From assembly GCA_963766715.1 (NCBI GenBank), contig CAVYBH010000012.1, forward strand, positions 416,001 to 480,000: a stretch of DNA of 64,000 nucleotides, written 5' to 3'. Each line of letters opens with the position of its first letter. Positions within the stretch are counted from its first letter, which is position 1. The translations under genes and the position numbers were made by a program. Of the stretch, positions 11,711 through 21,170 are shown in pieces. Below the pieces are notes generated by a model. It was given only the letters and a program-made list of their open reading frames with translations, did not search any database and was not told where the DNA came from. This stretch comes from an uncultured delta proteobacterium. Its GTDB lineage: Bacteria > Myxococcota > Myxococcia > Myxococcales > Anaeromyxobacteraceae.

Positions 11711-11884
11711 CTACCTTTGCCACCACCAGTTCGGCTGCTCCGGCTCGGCGACGGGGCGAGGGGCACGGCCTCGAGGCAACCCAGGAATCGGGGAGGGGCG
11801 GCGCGCCATCTCGGACCGCAGCCGCTTCAGCCGCTCGGCCAGCCGCGCTCTCGCCTCGATCTCCCTGTCCTTGAGGTCCTTCAT
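11711..11884 (-). CDS. Small hypothetical protein (~57 aa)
   Basis: MKDLKDREIEARARLAERLKRLRSEM...PNWWWQR; SD GGAG. Confidence 0.45.
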   Translation of the reverse strand: MKDLKDREIEARARLAERLKRLRSEMARRPSPIPGLPRGRAPRPVAEPEQPNWWWQR

Positions 11885-11954
11885 GGCGTCGTCTCCGTGA
11901 AGCCATTCCAGCACGGGGGTCTGTCATCCGGGGGAGGTGGTCTAGGATGTCCGG

Positions 11955-12597
11955 GTGACCCGGTACGCGTTCCTCCTCCTCGCCGGACTGGCGACCGCCC
12001 TGGCGGGGAGTCCGGCGCGCGGGCGACGACGGGATGGGATGCCCGGGCGGTGTGGTCTCGGTCGGCGACTCCCGGCTCGACCTCCTGGGCAAGTGCGGGG
12101 AGCCCACCTTCACGGAGTCCCGCCAGGCCCAGCGCCAGGAGTGGGTGGGCGACCGGGTGCAGGGTGCTTCCCGGACGGTCACCATCACGCTCGAGACCTG
12201 GACCTACGACCTCGGGCCCGGGCGGCTCGTCCAGTACGCGAGGATCGAGGCCGGCAGGGTCGTCGACGTCCGCAGCGGCGGGTACGGGCGCGCCGCCGAG
12301 GTCCGGCGGAGGGAGGGCGCCGTGCCGCGCGCTCCGTGCGAGCCCACCGCGATCCGGGCCGGCGACACGACCTACGATCTGCTGTCCCAGTGCGGCGAGC
12401 CGGTGTTCCGGGACGTCCGGGAGGAGCAGGTCTCGGTCGCCGAGAGCAACGGGCAGGTGGCCGCCGGAAGCACGATGTGGGTGGTGAAGGAGACCTGGAC
12501 CTACGACTTCGGGCCGCGCGCCTTCGTGCGCTACGTCCTCCTGCGGGACGGGCGCGTCACGGGGGTCCGGACCGGGAGCTACGGTTACTCGAAGTGA
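11955..12597 (+). CDS. Secreted protein with two DUF2845-like repeats; indel near 12020
   Basis: Signal MTRYAFLLLAGLATALAG, then two copies of GD..DLL..CGEP...ETWTYD.GP...GRV..VR.G.YG. Confidence 0.8.
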
Positions 12598-12648
12598 ACA
12601 ACGGCGCGAGGTTGCGACCCCCGTCCTCGCGTGCTACGAGACCTCGCC

Positions 12649-14601
12649 ATGTCCGAAATCGTGAAGGTCACGCTCCCCGACGGCTCGCAGAAGGAAGCCG
12701 TCCGCGGCACCCGCGTCATCGACTTCGTCCGCGAGAAGATCGGCGCCGGCCTGGCCAAGGCGGCCTACGTCGCCCGCCTCGACGGCGAGCCGGTCGACCT
12801 GAGCCGCCCCATCGATCGGGACGTCCGCCTGGAGGTCGTCACCACGCGGAACCCGGAAGCGCTCGAGGTGGCGCGCCACGACGCCGCCCACGTGATGGCG
12901 AGCGTGGTGCAGAAGCTCTACCCGGGGACGCAGGTCACCATCGGGCCCTCGATCGAGGACGGCTTCTACTACGACTTCGCCCGCGAGACGCCGTTCACGC
13001 CCGACGACCTGGCGGCCATCGAGAAGGCCACCAACGAGGCCATCGCCGCCGACCAGCCCTTCGTGCGCGAGGAGGTCTCGATGGCGGAGGCGCTCGCGCT
13101 CTTCGAGAAGCTGGGCGAGGGCTACAAGGTGGAGATCGTGAAGGACATCGCCTCCCGGGGGACGGGGACGCTCACGCTCTACCGGCACGGCGACTGGGTC
13201 GACTTCTGCCTGGGGCCCCACGGGCCGTCCACCGGCCGCATCGGCGTGGTGAAGCTGACCTCGGTGGCCGGAGCCTACTGGCGCGGCGATCCCAAGAACC
13301 CGATGCTCCAGCGCATCTACGGGACCTCCTTCTTCAGCAAGAAGGAGCTCGAGGAGTGGGTCACCCGGATGGAGGAGGCGCGCAAGCGCGACCACCGGAA
13401 GCTCGGTCCCCAGCTCGGCCTGTTCACCTTCCACCCGTACGCTCCGGGCGCGGCCTTCTGGCTCCAGAACGGCACCACGGTGTACCACCTGCTCGGGGAC
13501 GCCATGCGGCGGCTCACCCGGAAGAACGGCTACGTCGAGGTCAAGACGCCGCTGCTCTTCAACAAGAAGCTCTGGGAGACCTCGGGCCACTGGGGGAAGT
13601 ACCGCGAGAACATGTTCCTCGTGGTGGACAGCGAGACCGACGAGAGCCTGCCGCTCGAGGACCGCTGCACCCAGTCGCTCAAGCCCATGAACTGCCCGTC
13701 GCACCACCTGCTCTACGCGATGCAGAAGCGGAGCTACCGCGAGCTGCCCATCCGGTACCACACGCAGGACGTGCTCCACCGCAACGAGGCCTCGGGCACG
13801 CTCTCGGGGCTCACCCGGGTGCGCCAGTTCCAGCAGGACGACGCCCACATCTACCTGGCCGAGTCGCAGATCGTCGACGAGGTCCGCTCCCTCGTCCGGC
13901 AGATCGACACCGTCTACAAGGCGATGGGGCTCGAGTACACCGCCAAGTTCTCCACGCGACCCGCGGTGAAGCTGGGCGAGGAGGCCACCTGGGACCGCGC
14001 CGAGGCCGCGCTCAAGGGCGCGCTCGAGGCGGTGGGCCTTCCCTTCGAGGTCAAGCCGGGGGAGGGGGCCTTCTACGGCCCGAAGATCGACTTCGACGTC
14101 ACCGACTCGATCGGCCGGAAGTGGCAGCTCGCCACCATCCAGCTCGACTACCTCGCCCCGGAGCGCTTCGACCTCGGCTACGTCGGGGACGACAACGCCG
14201 AGCACCGGCCGGTGGTGATCCACCGGGCCATCTACGGCTCGTTCGAGCGCTTCATGGCCATCCTCACCGAGCACTTCGCCGGGGCGTTCCCGACCTGGCT
14301 CGCGCCGGTCCAGGCCCGGGTCGTCACCGTCTCCGACCGGTTCAACGACTGGGCGGCCGAGGTGGCGGCGCGGCTCGACCAGGAGGGGTTCCGGGTCGAG
14401 CTCGATCACACCAACGAGAAGCTCGGCGCCAAGATCCGCGACGCGCAGCTCCAGAAGATCCCCTTCACGCTGGTGGTGGGCGAGAAGGAGGTCGAGGCGA
14501 AGGGGGTCTCCCCCCGGCGGCGCGGCGGAGAGGACCTCAAGACGATGCCGCTCGACGCCTTCGTGGAGCTCCTCCGGAAGGAGGGGGCGCCCCCGTACTG
14601 A
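12649..14601 (+). CDS. thrS: Threonine--tRNA ligase
   Basis: TGS domain, [45 protein letters not shown]. Confidence 0.98.
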   Translation: MSEIVKVTLPDGSQKEAVRGTRVIDFVREKIGAGLAKAAYVARLDGEPVDLSRPIDRDVRLEVVTTRNPEALEVARHDAAHVMASVVQKLYPGTQVTIGPSIEDGFYYDFARETPFTPDDLAAIEKATNEAIAADQPFVREEVSMAEALALFEKLGEGYKVEIVKDIASRGTGTLTLYRHGDWVDFCLGPHGPSTGRIGVVKLTSVAGAYWRGDPKNPMLQRIYGTSFFSKKELEEWVTRMEEARKRDHRKLGPQLGLFTFHPYAPGAAFWLQNGTTVYHLLGDAMRRLTRKNGYVEVKTPLLFNKKLWETSGHWGKYRENMFLVVDSETDESLPLEDRCTQSLKPMNCPSHHLLYAMQKRSYRELPIRYHTQDVLHRNEASGTLSGLTRVRQFQQDDAHIYLAESQIVDEVRSLVRQIDTVYKAMGLEYTAKFSTRPAVKLGEEATWDRAEAALKGALEAVGLPFEVKPGEGAFYGPKIDFDVTDSIGRKWQLATIQLDYLAPERFDLGYVGDDNAEHRPVVIHRAIYGSFERFMAILTEHFAGAFPTWLAPVQARVVTVSDRFNDWAAEVAARLDQEGFRVELDHTNEKLGAKIRDAQLQKIPFTLVVGEKEVEAKGVSPRRRGGEDLKTMPLDAFVELLRKEGAPPY

Positions 14602-14625
14602 GCCCCGGGGCCTGGCCGCATCTCG

Positions 14626-14654
14626 TTGACAGGGCACGGCCGTTTCCGTAATGT
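14626..14654 (+). promoter_or_regulatory. sigma70 promoter of the leuA-ilv operon
   Basis: TTGACA-17 bp-TAATGT. Confidence 0.8.
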
Positions 14655-14663
14655 CCTTGGTCC

Positions 14664-14827
14664 GTGTCTTTCGTACGCAGAGAGCAGCGACTTCTTCGCC
14701 CGGCGGGAGAGGACTCCCGGCGAGGCTGATCCCTCTGCCGCGACCTCTTCCGCCGAACCGGCTGGAGGGGTCAATCTCGATGGCGAGTTCGCTCCTCTGG
14801 CCCCGAACCGGAGCCCGAGAAACCGCC
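14664..14827 (+). promoter_or_regulatory. Candidate leader peptide (14664-14729) and attenuator-like structured leader
   Basis: GTG...CTT CTT...TGA (MSFVRREQRLLRPAGEDSRRG) overlapping stem 14701-14712/14744-14755. Confidence 0.5.
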
Positions 14828-16431
14828 ATGTCGAGTGACAAGACGAAGCCCGCCCCCACCACCGGAAGTTCCCCCGATCGCGTGATCGTGTTCGACACGA
14901 CGCTTCGCGACGGGGAGCAGAGCCCCGGGTTCTCCATGAACCTCGGGCAGAAGCTCCGCGTGGCCAAGGCCCTCCAGGAGCTGGGCGTGGACGTCATCGA
15001 GGCGGGCTTCGCCGCCGCCTCCCCGGGCGACCTCGAGGCCATCCAGGGCGTGAGCCGGCAGATCGAGGGGCCGATCATCTGCAGCCTGTCCCGCTGCACC
15101 CGGGGCGACATCGAGGCCTCCTGGAAGGCGCTCCAGGACGCGCCCCGCAGGCGCTGCCACGTCTTCCTCGCCACGAGCCCCATCCACCGCGACTTCAAGC
15201 TCAAGATGGCCAAGGAGGAGATCGTCCGCCGGGCCGTCGAGGGCGTGAAGATGGCCCGCGAGAAGTTCGACGACGTCGAGTTCTCCACGGAGGACGCCGC
15301 CCGCACCGAGCTGGAGTTCCTGGCCCAGGTGGTCGAGGGGGCCATCGAGGCCGGCGCCACGACCCTGAACATCCCCGACACCGTGGGCTACGCGCTGCCG
15401 TCCACCTACGCCGAGACCCTCTCCTACCTCTTCAGGAACGTCCGGGGCATCGACAAGGTCGTCATCTCGGTGCACTGCCACAACGACCTGGGCCTGGCGG
15501 TCGCGAACAGCCTGGCCGGCGTCCAGGTGGGCGCCCGGCAGGTGGAGTGCACGCTGAACGGCATCGGCGAGCGGGCCGGCAACGCCTCCCTGGAGGAGGT
15601 GGTCATGGCCATCAAGACCCGCGCCGACGTCTTCGGGGTCCGCACCGGCATCCACACCGAGAAGCTCTACCCGGCCAGCAAGATGGTCCAGCAGGTCACC
15701 GGGAATCCCGTGCAGCGGAACAAGGCCATCGTCGGGCAGAACGCCTTCGCCCACGAGGCGGGCATCCACCAGCACGGGATGCTCACGCACCGGGAGACCT
15801 ACGAGATCATGCGCCCCGAGGAGGTCGGCTTCACCAAGTCCCAGCTGGTCCTCGGCAAGCACTCCGGGCGGCACGCGCTGAAGGAGCGGCTCACCGAGCT
15901 GGGCTACCGGCTCTCCGACGAGCAGCTCGACCGGGTCTTCGCCGACTTCAAGCTGCTGGCGGACAAGAAGAAGGAGATCTACGACGCCGACCTGGAGGCG
16001 CTCGTGATCCACGGCCAGCTCCTCAAGGGGCAGGTGATGTGGGAGCTCTCCGCGCTCTCCACCACGTCGGGCACCGGGACGCTGCCGGCGGCCTCCATCG
16101 CGCTCGTCAAGTCGGGCGGCGGGCACTTCCAGGACGCCGCCGCCGGCGACGGACCGGTGGACGCGGTGTTCAAGGCCATCGAGAAGATCACCGGCATCGA
16201 GGTCCGCCTGCGCGACTACCGCATCCAGTCGGTCACCGTGGGCGAGGACGCCCAGGGCGAGGTGAGCCTGGAGGTGGAGCACGCGACCGGCGTCTACCGC
16301 GGCCGCGCGCTCTCCACCGACGTCATCGAGGGCAGCGCCCAGGCCTTCCTCGACGTGGTGAACCGGATCGCCCTCAGATCCGGCCCGAGGAAGCGGAGCA
16401 GGAGGCGAAGAATGCCCTCGGATCCGTCTAG
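14828..16431 (+). CDS. leuA: 2-isopropylmalate synthase; indel near 16375 causes apparent read-through into ilvB
   Basis: [37 protein letters not shown], regulatory domain GDGPVDA. Confidence 0.95.
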
Positions 16432-16471
16432 CACCGCTGCGGTCGCAACGACCCGAACGTCGAGAGGAACA

Positions 16472-18178
16472 ATGGCCAAGGAAAAGACCACCGGAGCGAA
16501 GGCAGTCGTGAAGGCGCTGGAGGCCGAGGGCGTCGAGTGGGTCTTCGGCGTGCCGGGCGGGGCCATCCTGCCCATCTACGACGCCCTCTTCGACTCGAAG
16601 AAGGTGAAGCACGTGCTGGTGCGCCACGAGCAGACCGGCGCCCACGCGGCCGAGGGCTATGCGCACGCCACCGGCAAGGTCGGGGTGTGCTTCGGCACCT
16701 CCGGTCCGGGGGCGACCAACCTCGTCACCGGCATCGCCGACGCCTACCTGGACTCGGTCCCGATGGTGGCCATCACCGGGAACGTCTCCTCCGCGCTCAT
16801 CGGGAGCGACGCCTTCCAGGAGGCCGACATCACCGGCATCACCATGCCCATCACCAAGCACAACTGGCTGGTGACCGACGTGAAGGACCTCCCGCGCATC
16901 CTCAAGGAGGCCTTCTACATCGCCCGCACCGGGCGCCCCGGGCCGGTCCTCGTCGACATCCCCAAGGACGTCCAGAACGCCGAGCTGGAGTTCGAGTACC
17001 CGGAGACGGTGAACATCCCGGGCTACCACCCGCCGGTGCGCGAGGAGCCACGGCTCAAGGACGCGGCGGCGCTCATCCGGGGCTCCAGCCGGCCGGTCAT
17101 CTACCTGGGCGGCGGCGTCCGGACCTCCAGCGCCTACGACGAGGTGAAGGACTTCGTCGAGCTGGTGGGTGCGCCGGTGGTGACCACCGTCCACGGCAAG
17201 GGGGCGCTCCCCGAGACGCACCCGCAGTGCCTGGGCATGTTCGGCATGCACGGCGCCAAGTTCGCGAACTACACGGTCCAGGAGTCGGACCTGATCGTCG
17301 CGCTGGGAGCCCGCTTCGACGACCGGGTGACCGGGAAGCTCTCGACCTTCGCGCCCGAGGCCAAGATCGTCCACCTCGACATCGACCCGGCCGAGATCTC
17401 CAAGCTGGTGACCGCCACCGTCCCGCTGGTCGGAGATCTCAAGCTCCTGCTCCCCCAGCTCACCGAGGCCACCCGCAAGGCCTTCGCCGCCTCCGGGCGG
17501 GCCGACATCGCGCCCTGGGTGAAGAAGGTCGCCGACTGGCGGGAGAAGCACCCGCTCCACTACGCGGCCCAGGGCGACGAGTTCATCGAGCCGCAGCACG
17601 TCATCCAGCGGATCTGGGAGAAGACCGGGGGCAAGGCGCTCGTCACCACCGGCGTGGGCAAGCACCAGATGTTCGCGGCCCAGTACTGGAAGACCATCTG
17701 GCCCCGCCAGTTCATCACCTCGGGGGGGCTGGGAACCATGGGGTTCTGCCTGCCCGCCGCCATCGGCATCCAGCTCGGCAAGCCCGATGCGCTCGTCATC
17801 GGCATCGACGGCGACGGGTCCTTCCAGATGACGCTCCAGGACCTGGCCACCGCGGTGGACCTCAAGCTGAACATCAAGATCTTCATCCTCAACAACCTGT
17901 TCCTGGGGATGGTCCACCAGTGGCAGGACCTCTTCTACGAGAAGCGGCTCGCCGAGACCCCGCTCAGCGACCTTCCCGACCTGGTGAAGCTGGCCGACGC
18001 GTACTCCTGCCTGGGGCTGCGCGCCCGCAAGCCGGCCGAGCTGGAGGACGTCCTCGACCGGGCGCTCGCCCACACGGGCGGTCCGGTCATCGTCGACATC
18101 CGGACCCGACCCGACGCGCACGTCTACCCCATGGTCCCCGCCGGGGCCCCGCTCAACGACATGATCGACGGCGAGTGA
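16472..18178 (+). CDS. ilvB: Acetolactate synthase large subunit
   Basis: Own SD AGAGG; GVPGGAILP, VRHEQ, TSGPGATN, GARFDDRVTG, SGGLGTMG, GDGSF. Confidence 0.96.
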   Translation: MAKEKTTGAKAVVKALEAEGVEWVFGVPGGAILPIYDALFDSKKVKHVLVRHEQTGAHAAEGYAHATGKVGVCFGTSGPGATNLVTGIADAYLDSVPMVAITGNVSSALIGSDAFQEADITGITMPITKHNWLVTDVKDLPRILKEAFYIARTGRPGPVLVDIPKDVQNAELEFEYPETVNIPGYHPPVREEPRLKDAAALIRGSSRPVIYLGGGVRTSSAYDEVKDFVELVGAPVVTTVHGKGALPETHPQCLGMFGMHGAKFANYTVQESDLIVALGARFDDRVTGKLSTFAPEAKIVHLDIDPAEISKLVTATVPLVGDLKLLLPQLTEATRKAFAASGRADIAPWVKKVADWREKHPLHYAAQGDEFIEPQHVIQRIWEKTGGKALVTTGVGKHQMFAAQYWKTIWPRQFITSGGLGTMGFCLPAAIGIQLGKPDALVIGIDGDGSFQMTLQDLATAVDLKLNIKIFILNNLFLGMVHQWQDLFYEKRLAETPLSDLPDLVKLADAYSCLGLRARKPAELEDVLDRALAHTGGPVIVDIRTRPDAHVYPMVPAGAPLNDMIDGE

Positions 18179-18188
18179 GAGGACATAC

Positions 18189-18722
18189 ATGGAACGCAAC
18201 GAGACGATGCCCAGCTCGAGCACCCACACCGTCAGCCTGCTCGTCGAGAACAAGCCCGGCGTGCTGCACCGCATCGCCGGACTGTTCTCCCGGCGCGGCT
18301 ACAACATCGCCAGCCTCACCGTGGGGCCGACCGAGCGCCCCGAGTACTCGCGCATGACCATCGTGGTCCGCCTCTCCTCCAAGACCGTGGAGCAGGTGGT
18401 CCGCCAGGTGCAGAAGCTGGTGCCGGTGGTCGAGGTCCGGGAGCTCTCGCCGGTCGACCTGATCGAGCGCGAGCTCCTGCTCGTGAAGATCCGGACCCCG
18501 GAGAAGAACCACGCCGAGCTCCGCGCGCTCGCCGAGACGTACGAGGCGAGCATCGTCGACGTCTCCCCGGACGCGCTGATCATCGAGGCCAGCGGCAACG
18601 CCGGGAAGCTCGACGCGCTGGAGGATCGGCTGGCGCCGTACGGCATCCAGGAGATCTGCCGCTCCGGGCGCATCGCCCTCGAGCGCGGCTTCAAGACCCT
18701 CGCACCCCCCAACCTCAAGTGA
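18189..18722 (+). CDS. ilvN: Acetolactate synthase small regulatory subunit
   Basis: ACT domain LVENKPGVLHRIAGLFSRRGYNIASL. Confidence 0.96.
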   Translation: MERNETMPSSSTHTVSLLVENKPGVLHRIAGLFSRRGYNIASLTVGPTERPEYSRMTIVVRLSSKTVEQVVRQVQKLVPVVEVRELSPVDLIERELLLVKIRTPEKNHAELRALAETYEASIVDVSPDALIIEASGNAGKLDALEDRLAPYGIQEICRSGRIALERGFKTLAPPNLK

Positions 18723-18733
18723 ACGGATAGACC

Positions 18734-19759
18734 ATGGCGACCATCTACTACGACAAGGACGCGAAGCCGGAGCTGCTGAAGGCGAAGAAGGTGGCCGTCA
18801 TCGGCTACGGCAGCCAGGGGCATGCGCACGCCCTCAACCTCAAGGACTCCGGCGTGGACGTGCGCGTCGGCCTGCACGCCGGCTCCAAGTCGCGGGCCAA
18901 GGCCGAAGGGGCCGGACTGCGCGTGACGAGCGTCGCGGAGGCCGCCCGCGAGGCGGACGTGATCATGGTGCTCCTCCCCGACCAGACCCAGAAGAAGGTC
19001 TACGAGGAGGAGATCAAGCCGCACCTCACCAAGGGCAAGGCGCTCCTCTTCGCCCACGGCTTCAACATCCACTTCGGGCAGGTGAAGCCCCCGCCCGACG
19101 TGGACGTCCTCCTCATCGCCCCCAAGGGGCCGGGGCACCTCGTCCGCCGCCAGTTCCAGGACGGCCGGGGCATTCCCTGCCTGATCGCCGTCCACCAGGA
19201 CGCGACGGGCCAGGCGAAGGACATCGGCCTCGCCTACGCCCGGGCGGTCGGCGGCGGCCGGGCCGGCATCCTCGAGACCACCTTCAAGGAGGAGACCGAG
19301 ACCGATCTCTTCGGCGAGCAGGCGGTGCTCTGCGGAGGAGCCGCCGCCCTGGTGAAGACCGGGTTCGAGGTCCTGGTGGAGGCGGGCTACCAGCCGGAGA
19401 GCGCCTACTTCGAGTGCCTCCACGAGCTGAAGCTCATCGTCGACCTCATGTACGAAGGCGGCCTGGCCTGGATGCGTCACTCAATCAGCGACACGGCCGA
19501 GTACGGGGACTTCACCCGCGGCCCGCGCGTGGTGAACGCCCAGACCAAGGACGAAATGCGCAAGATTCTCAAGGAGATCCAGGACGGGACCTTCGCGCGG
19601 GAGTTCATCGGCGAGCTCAACTCGGGCGGGAAGAACTTCGAGGCGATGCGCGTGAAGGAGAAGGCGCACCCCATCGAGGCCGTCGGCAAGGAGCTCCGCG
19701 GCATGATGAGCTGGATCCGGGATGCCCGAAAGGACTCCTCCGATCCGAACGCGCGTTGA
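18734..19759 (+). CDS. ilvC: Ketol-acid reductoisomerase
   Basis: [47 protein letters not shown]. Confidence 0.98.
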   Translation: MATIYYDKDAKPELLKAKKVAVIGYGSQGHAHALNLKDSGVDVRVGLHAGSKSRAKAEGAGLRVTSVAEAAREADVIMVLLPDQTQKKVYEEEIKPHLTKGKALLFAHGFNIHFGQVKPPPDVDVLLIAPKGPGHLVRRQFQDGRGIPCLIAVHQDATGQAKDIGLAYARAVGGGRAGILETTFKEETETDLFGEQAVLCGGAAALVKTGFEVLVEAGYQPESAYFECLHELKLIVDLMYEGGLAWMRHSISDTAEYGDFTRGPRVVNAQTKDEMRKILKEIQDGTFAREFIGELNSGGKNFEAMRVKEKAHPIEAVGKELRGMMSWIRDARKDSSDPNAR

Positions 19760-19783
19760 CATTCAGCCGAATATCCTTATCCT
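19756..19783 (+). promoter_or_regulatory. Probable sigma70 promoter of infC overlapping the ilvC stop codon
   Basis: TTGACA-16 bp-TATCCT in an AT-rich patch. Confidence 0.55.
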
Positions 19784-19828
19784 TACGCGATTTTTCGGCC
19801 CCCCACCGGGGACCACAGGAGACCGCCC

Positions 19829-20485
19829 ATCAACGGCAAAGACCAGAGGAACACGAGCCGCGACGCGCGCACCAACCGGCGCATCAAGGCCCGCGAGGTG
19901 CGCGTCATCGGCGCCGAGGGTGAGCAGCTCGGAATCCTCCCGATCGAGCAGGCACTGCGCACGGCCCAGGAGGGCGGCTTCGACCTCGTCGAGGTCAGCC
20001 CCCTCGCCAAGCCGCCCGTCTGCAAGATCATGGATTACGGGAAGTTCAAGTACACGGAGAAGAAGAAGCAGAGCGAGGCCAAGAAGAAGCAGGTGGTGGT
20101 GCAGCTGAAGGAGGTCAAGCTGCGCCCGCGGACCGAGGAGCACGACTACGAGGTCAAGATCCGGAAGATCCGCGAGTTCCTCGAGGACTCGAACAAGGCG
20201 CGCGTCACGGTGATGTTCCGCGGACGCGAGCTCAGCCACCGTGAGCTCGGGCACAAGGTCCTCGAGCGGGTGGTCGGCGACCTGAAGGAGACGGCGGTCA
20301 TCGAGTCGTCCGCGAGGATGGAAGGGCGGCAGATGTTCATGATCCTCGCCCCCAACCCGCGCATGCTGCAGTCGCAGCGCGACCGGGCCAAGTCGCAGGG
20401 TGCCGCGGCGGCAGCCGCGGGACCGGCAGCACCCACGCCGGCCCCCGAGGGCGGCGGAAACGACACCGGCGGCGGCGCCCCGTAG
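19829..20485 (+). CDS. infC: Translation initiation factor IF-3, ATC start, C-terminal extension
   Basis: SD AGGAG, then in-frame ATC AAC GGC...RTNRRIKAREVRVI, PPVCKIMDYGKFKY, VMFRGRE. Confidence 0.95.
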   Translation: MNGKDQRNTSRDARTNRRIKAREVRVIGAEGEQLGILPIEQALRTAQEGGFDLVEVSPLAKPPVCKIMDYGKFKYTEKKKQSEAKKKQVVVQLKEVKLRPRTEEHDYEVKIRKIREFLEDSNKARVTVMFRGRELSHRELGHKVLERVVGDLKETAVIESSARMEGRQMFMILAPNPRMLQSQRDRAKSQGAAAAAAGPAAPTPAPEGGGNDTGGGAP

Positions 20486-20520
20486 CGCCGTCCCACAGAG
20501 AGACAGAGAGAAGGAAGAAG

Positions 20521-20724
20521 ATGCCGAAGCTCAAGACCAAGAGCGCTGCCAAGAAGCGCTTCCAGGTGAAGAAGAGCGGCGAGGTGAAGTTCCGCCGCGC
20601 CGGCTCCCGTCACCTCGCCACGTTCGGGAAGACCCCGAAGCAGAAGCGGGGACTCCGCGGCACCGACCACCTGTCGGCCAGTGACGCGAAGAAGGTGAAG
20701 GAAAACTTCCCGTACGCCCGCTAG
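20521..20724 (+). CDS. rpmI: 50S ribosomal protein L35
   Basis: MPKLKTKSAAKKRF. Confidence 0.97.
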   Translation: MPKLKTKSAAKKRFQVKKSGEVKFRRAGSRHLATFGKTPKQKRGLRGTDHLSASDAKKVKENFPYAR

Positions 20725-20815
20725 GGCCGAAGGGAACCAACGCCCAAGCGGGGCTCTCGAAGCGCTCGGGAGGCAACGTCCTCCCGGCCCCCCGCCGGCA
20801 CAGCAGGAGTGAAAC

Positions 20816-21160
20816 ATGCGCGTCAAGAGGGGTGTAAAGGCTCGTCGTCGTCGCAATCGCGTCCTGAAGCTCGCCAAGGGCTTCCGGGGCCGCCGCAAGA
20901 ACGCATACCGCCGCGCCAACCAGGCCGTCGAGCGCGCGCTGGACTACAGCACCCGCGACCGCCGCCGCCGCCGCCGGGAGTTCCGCTCCCTCTGGATCGT
21001 GCGCATCAACGCCGCGGCCCGCCTGAACGGAACGACCTACTCGCGCCTGGTGGGGGCCATGCACACGGCAGGGGTGGCGCTCGACCGCAAGGTCCTCGCC
21101 GAGATCGCCCTGGCGCTGCCGGCCGACTTCGCGGCCGTGGTCCGGGCCGCCCAGGCCTAG
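20816..21160 (+). CDS. rplT: 50S ribosomal protein L20
   Basis: MRVKRGV...LAKGFRG...[14 protein letters not shown]. Confidence 0.98.
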   Translation: MRVKRGVKARRRRNRVLKLAKGFRGRRKNAYRRANQAVERALDYSTRDRRRRRREFRSLWIVRINAAARLNGTTYSRLVGAMHTAGVALDRKVLAEIALALPADFAAVVRAAQA

Positions 21161-21170
21161 GCCAGGGCAC

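Noticed and set aside
6051..12600. Intact prophage or integrative element at tRNA-Val
   Set aside because: No integrase, phage or conjugation genes and no duplicated tRNA 3' end were found by eye.
14651..18178. 1175-aa LeuA-IlvB fusion ORF
   Set aside because: One added base near 16375 gives a natural LeuA end ([18 protein letters not shown], stop 16431). ilvB has its own SD and ATG at 16472, and the linker has atypical codons. Most likely an indel artefact.
14771..18274. Very long antisense and alternate-frame ORFs here and over thrS, pheT, fusA and secY
   Set aside because: Expected shadows of high-GC3 codon usage; no recognisable domains.
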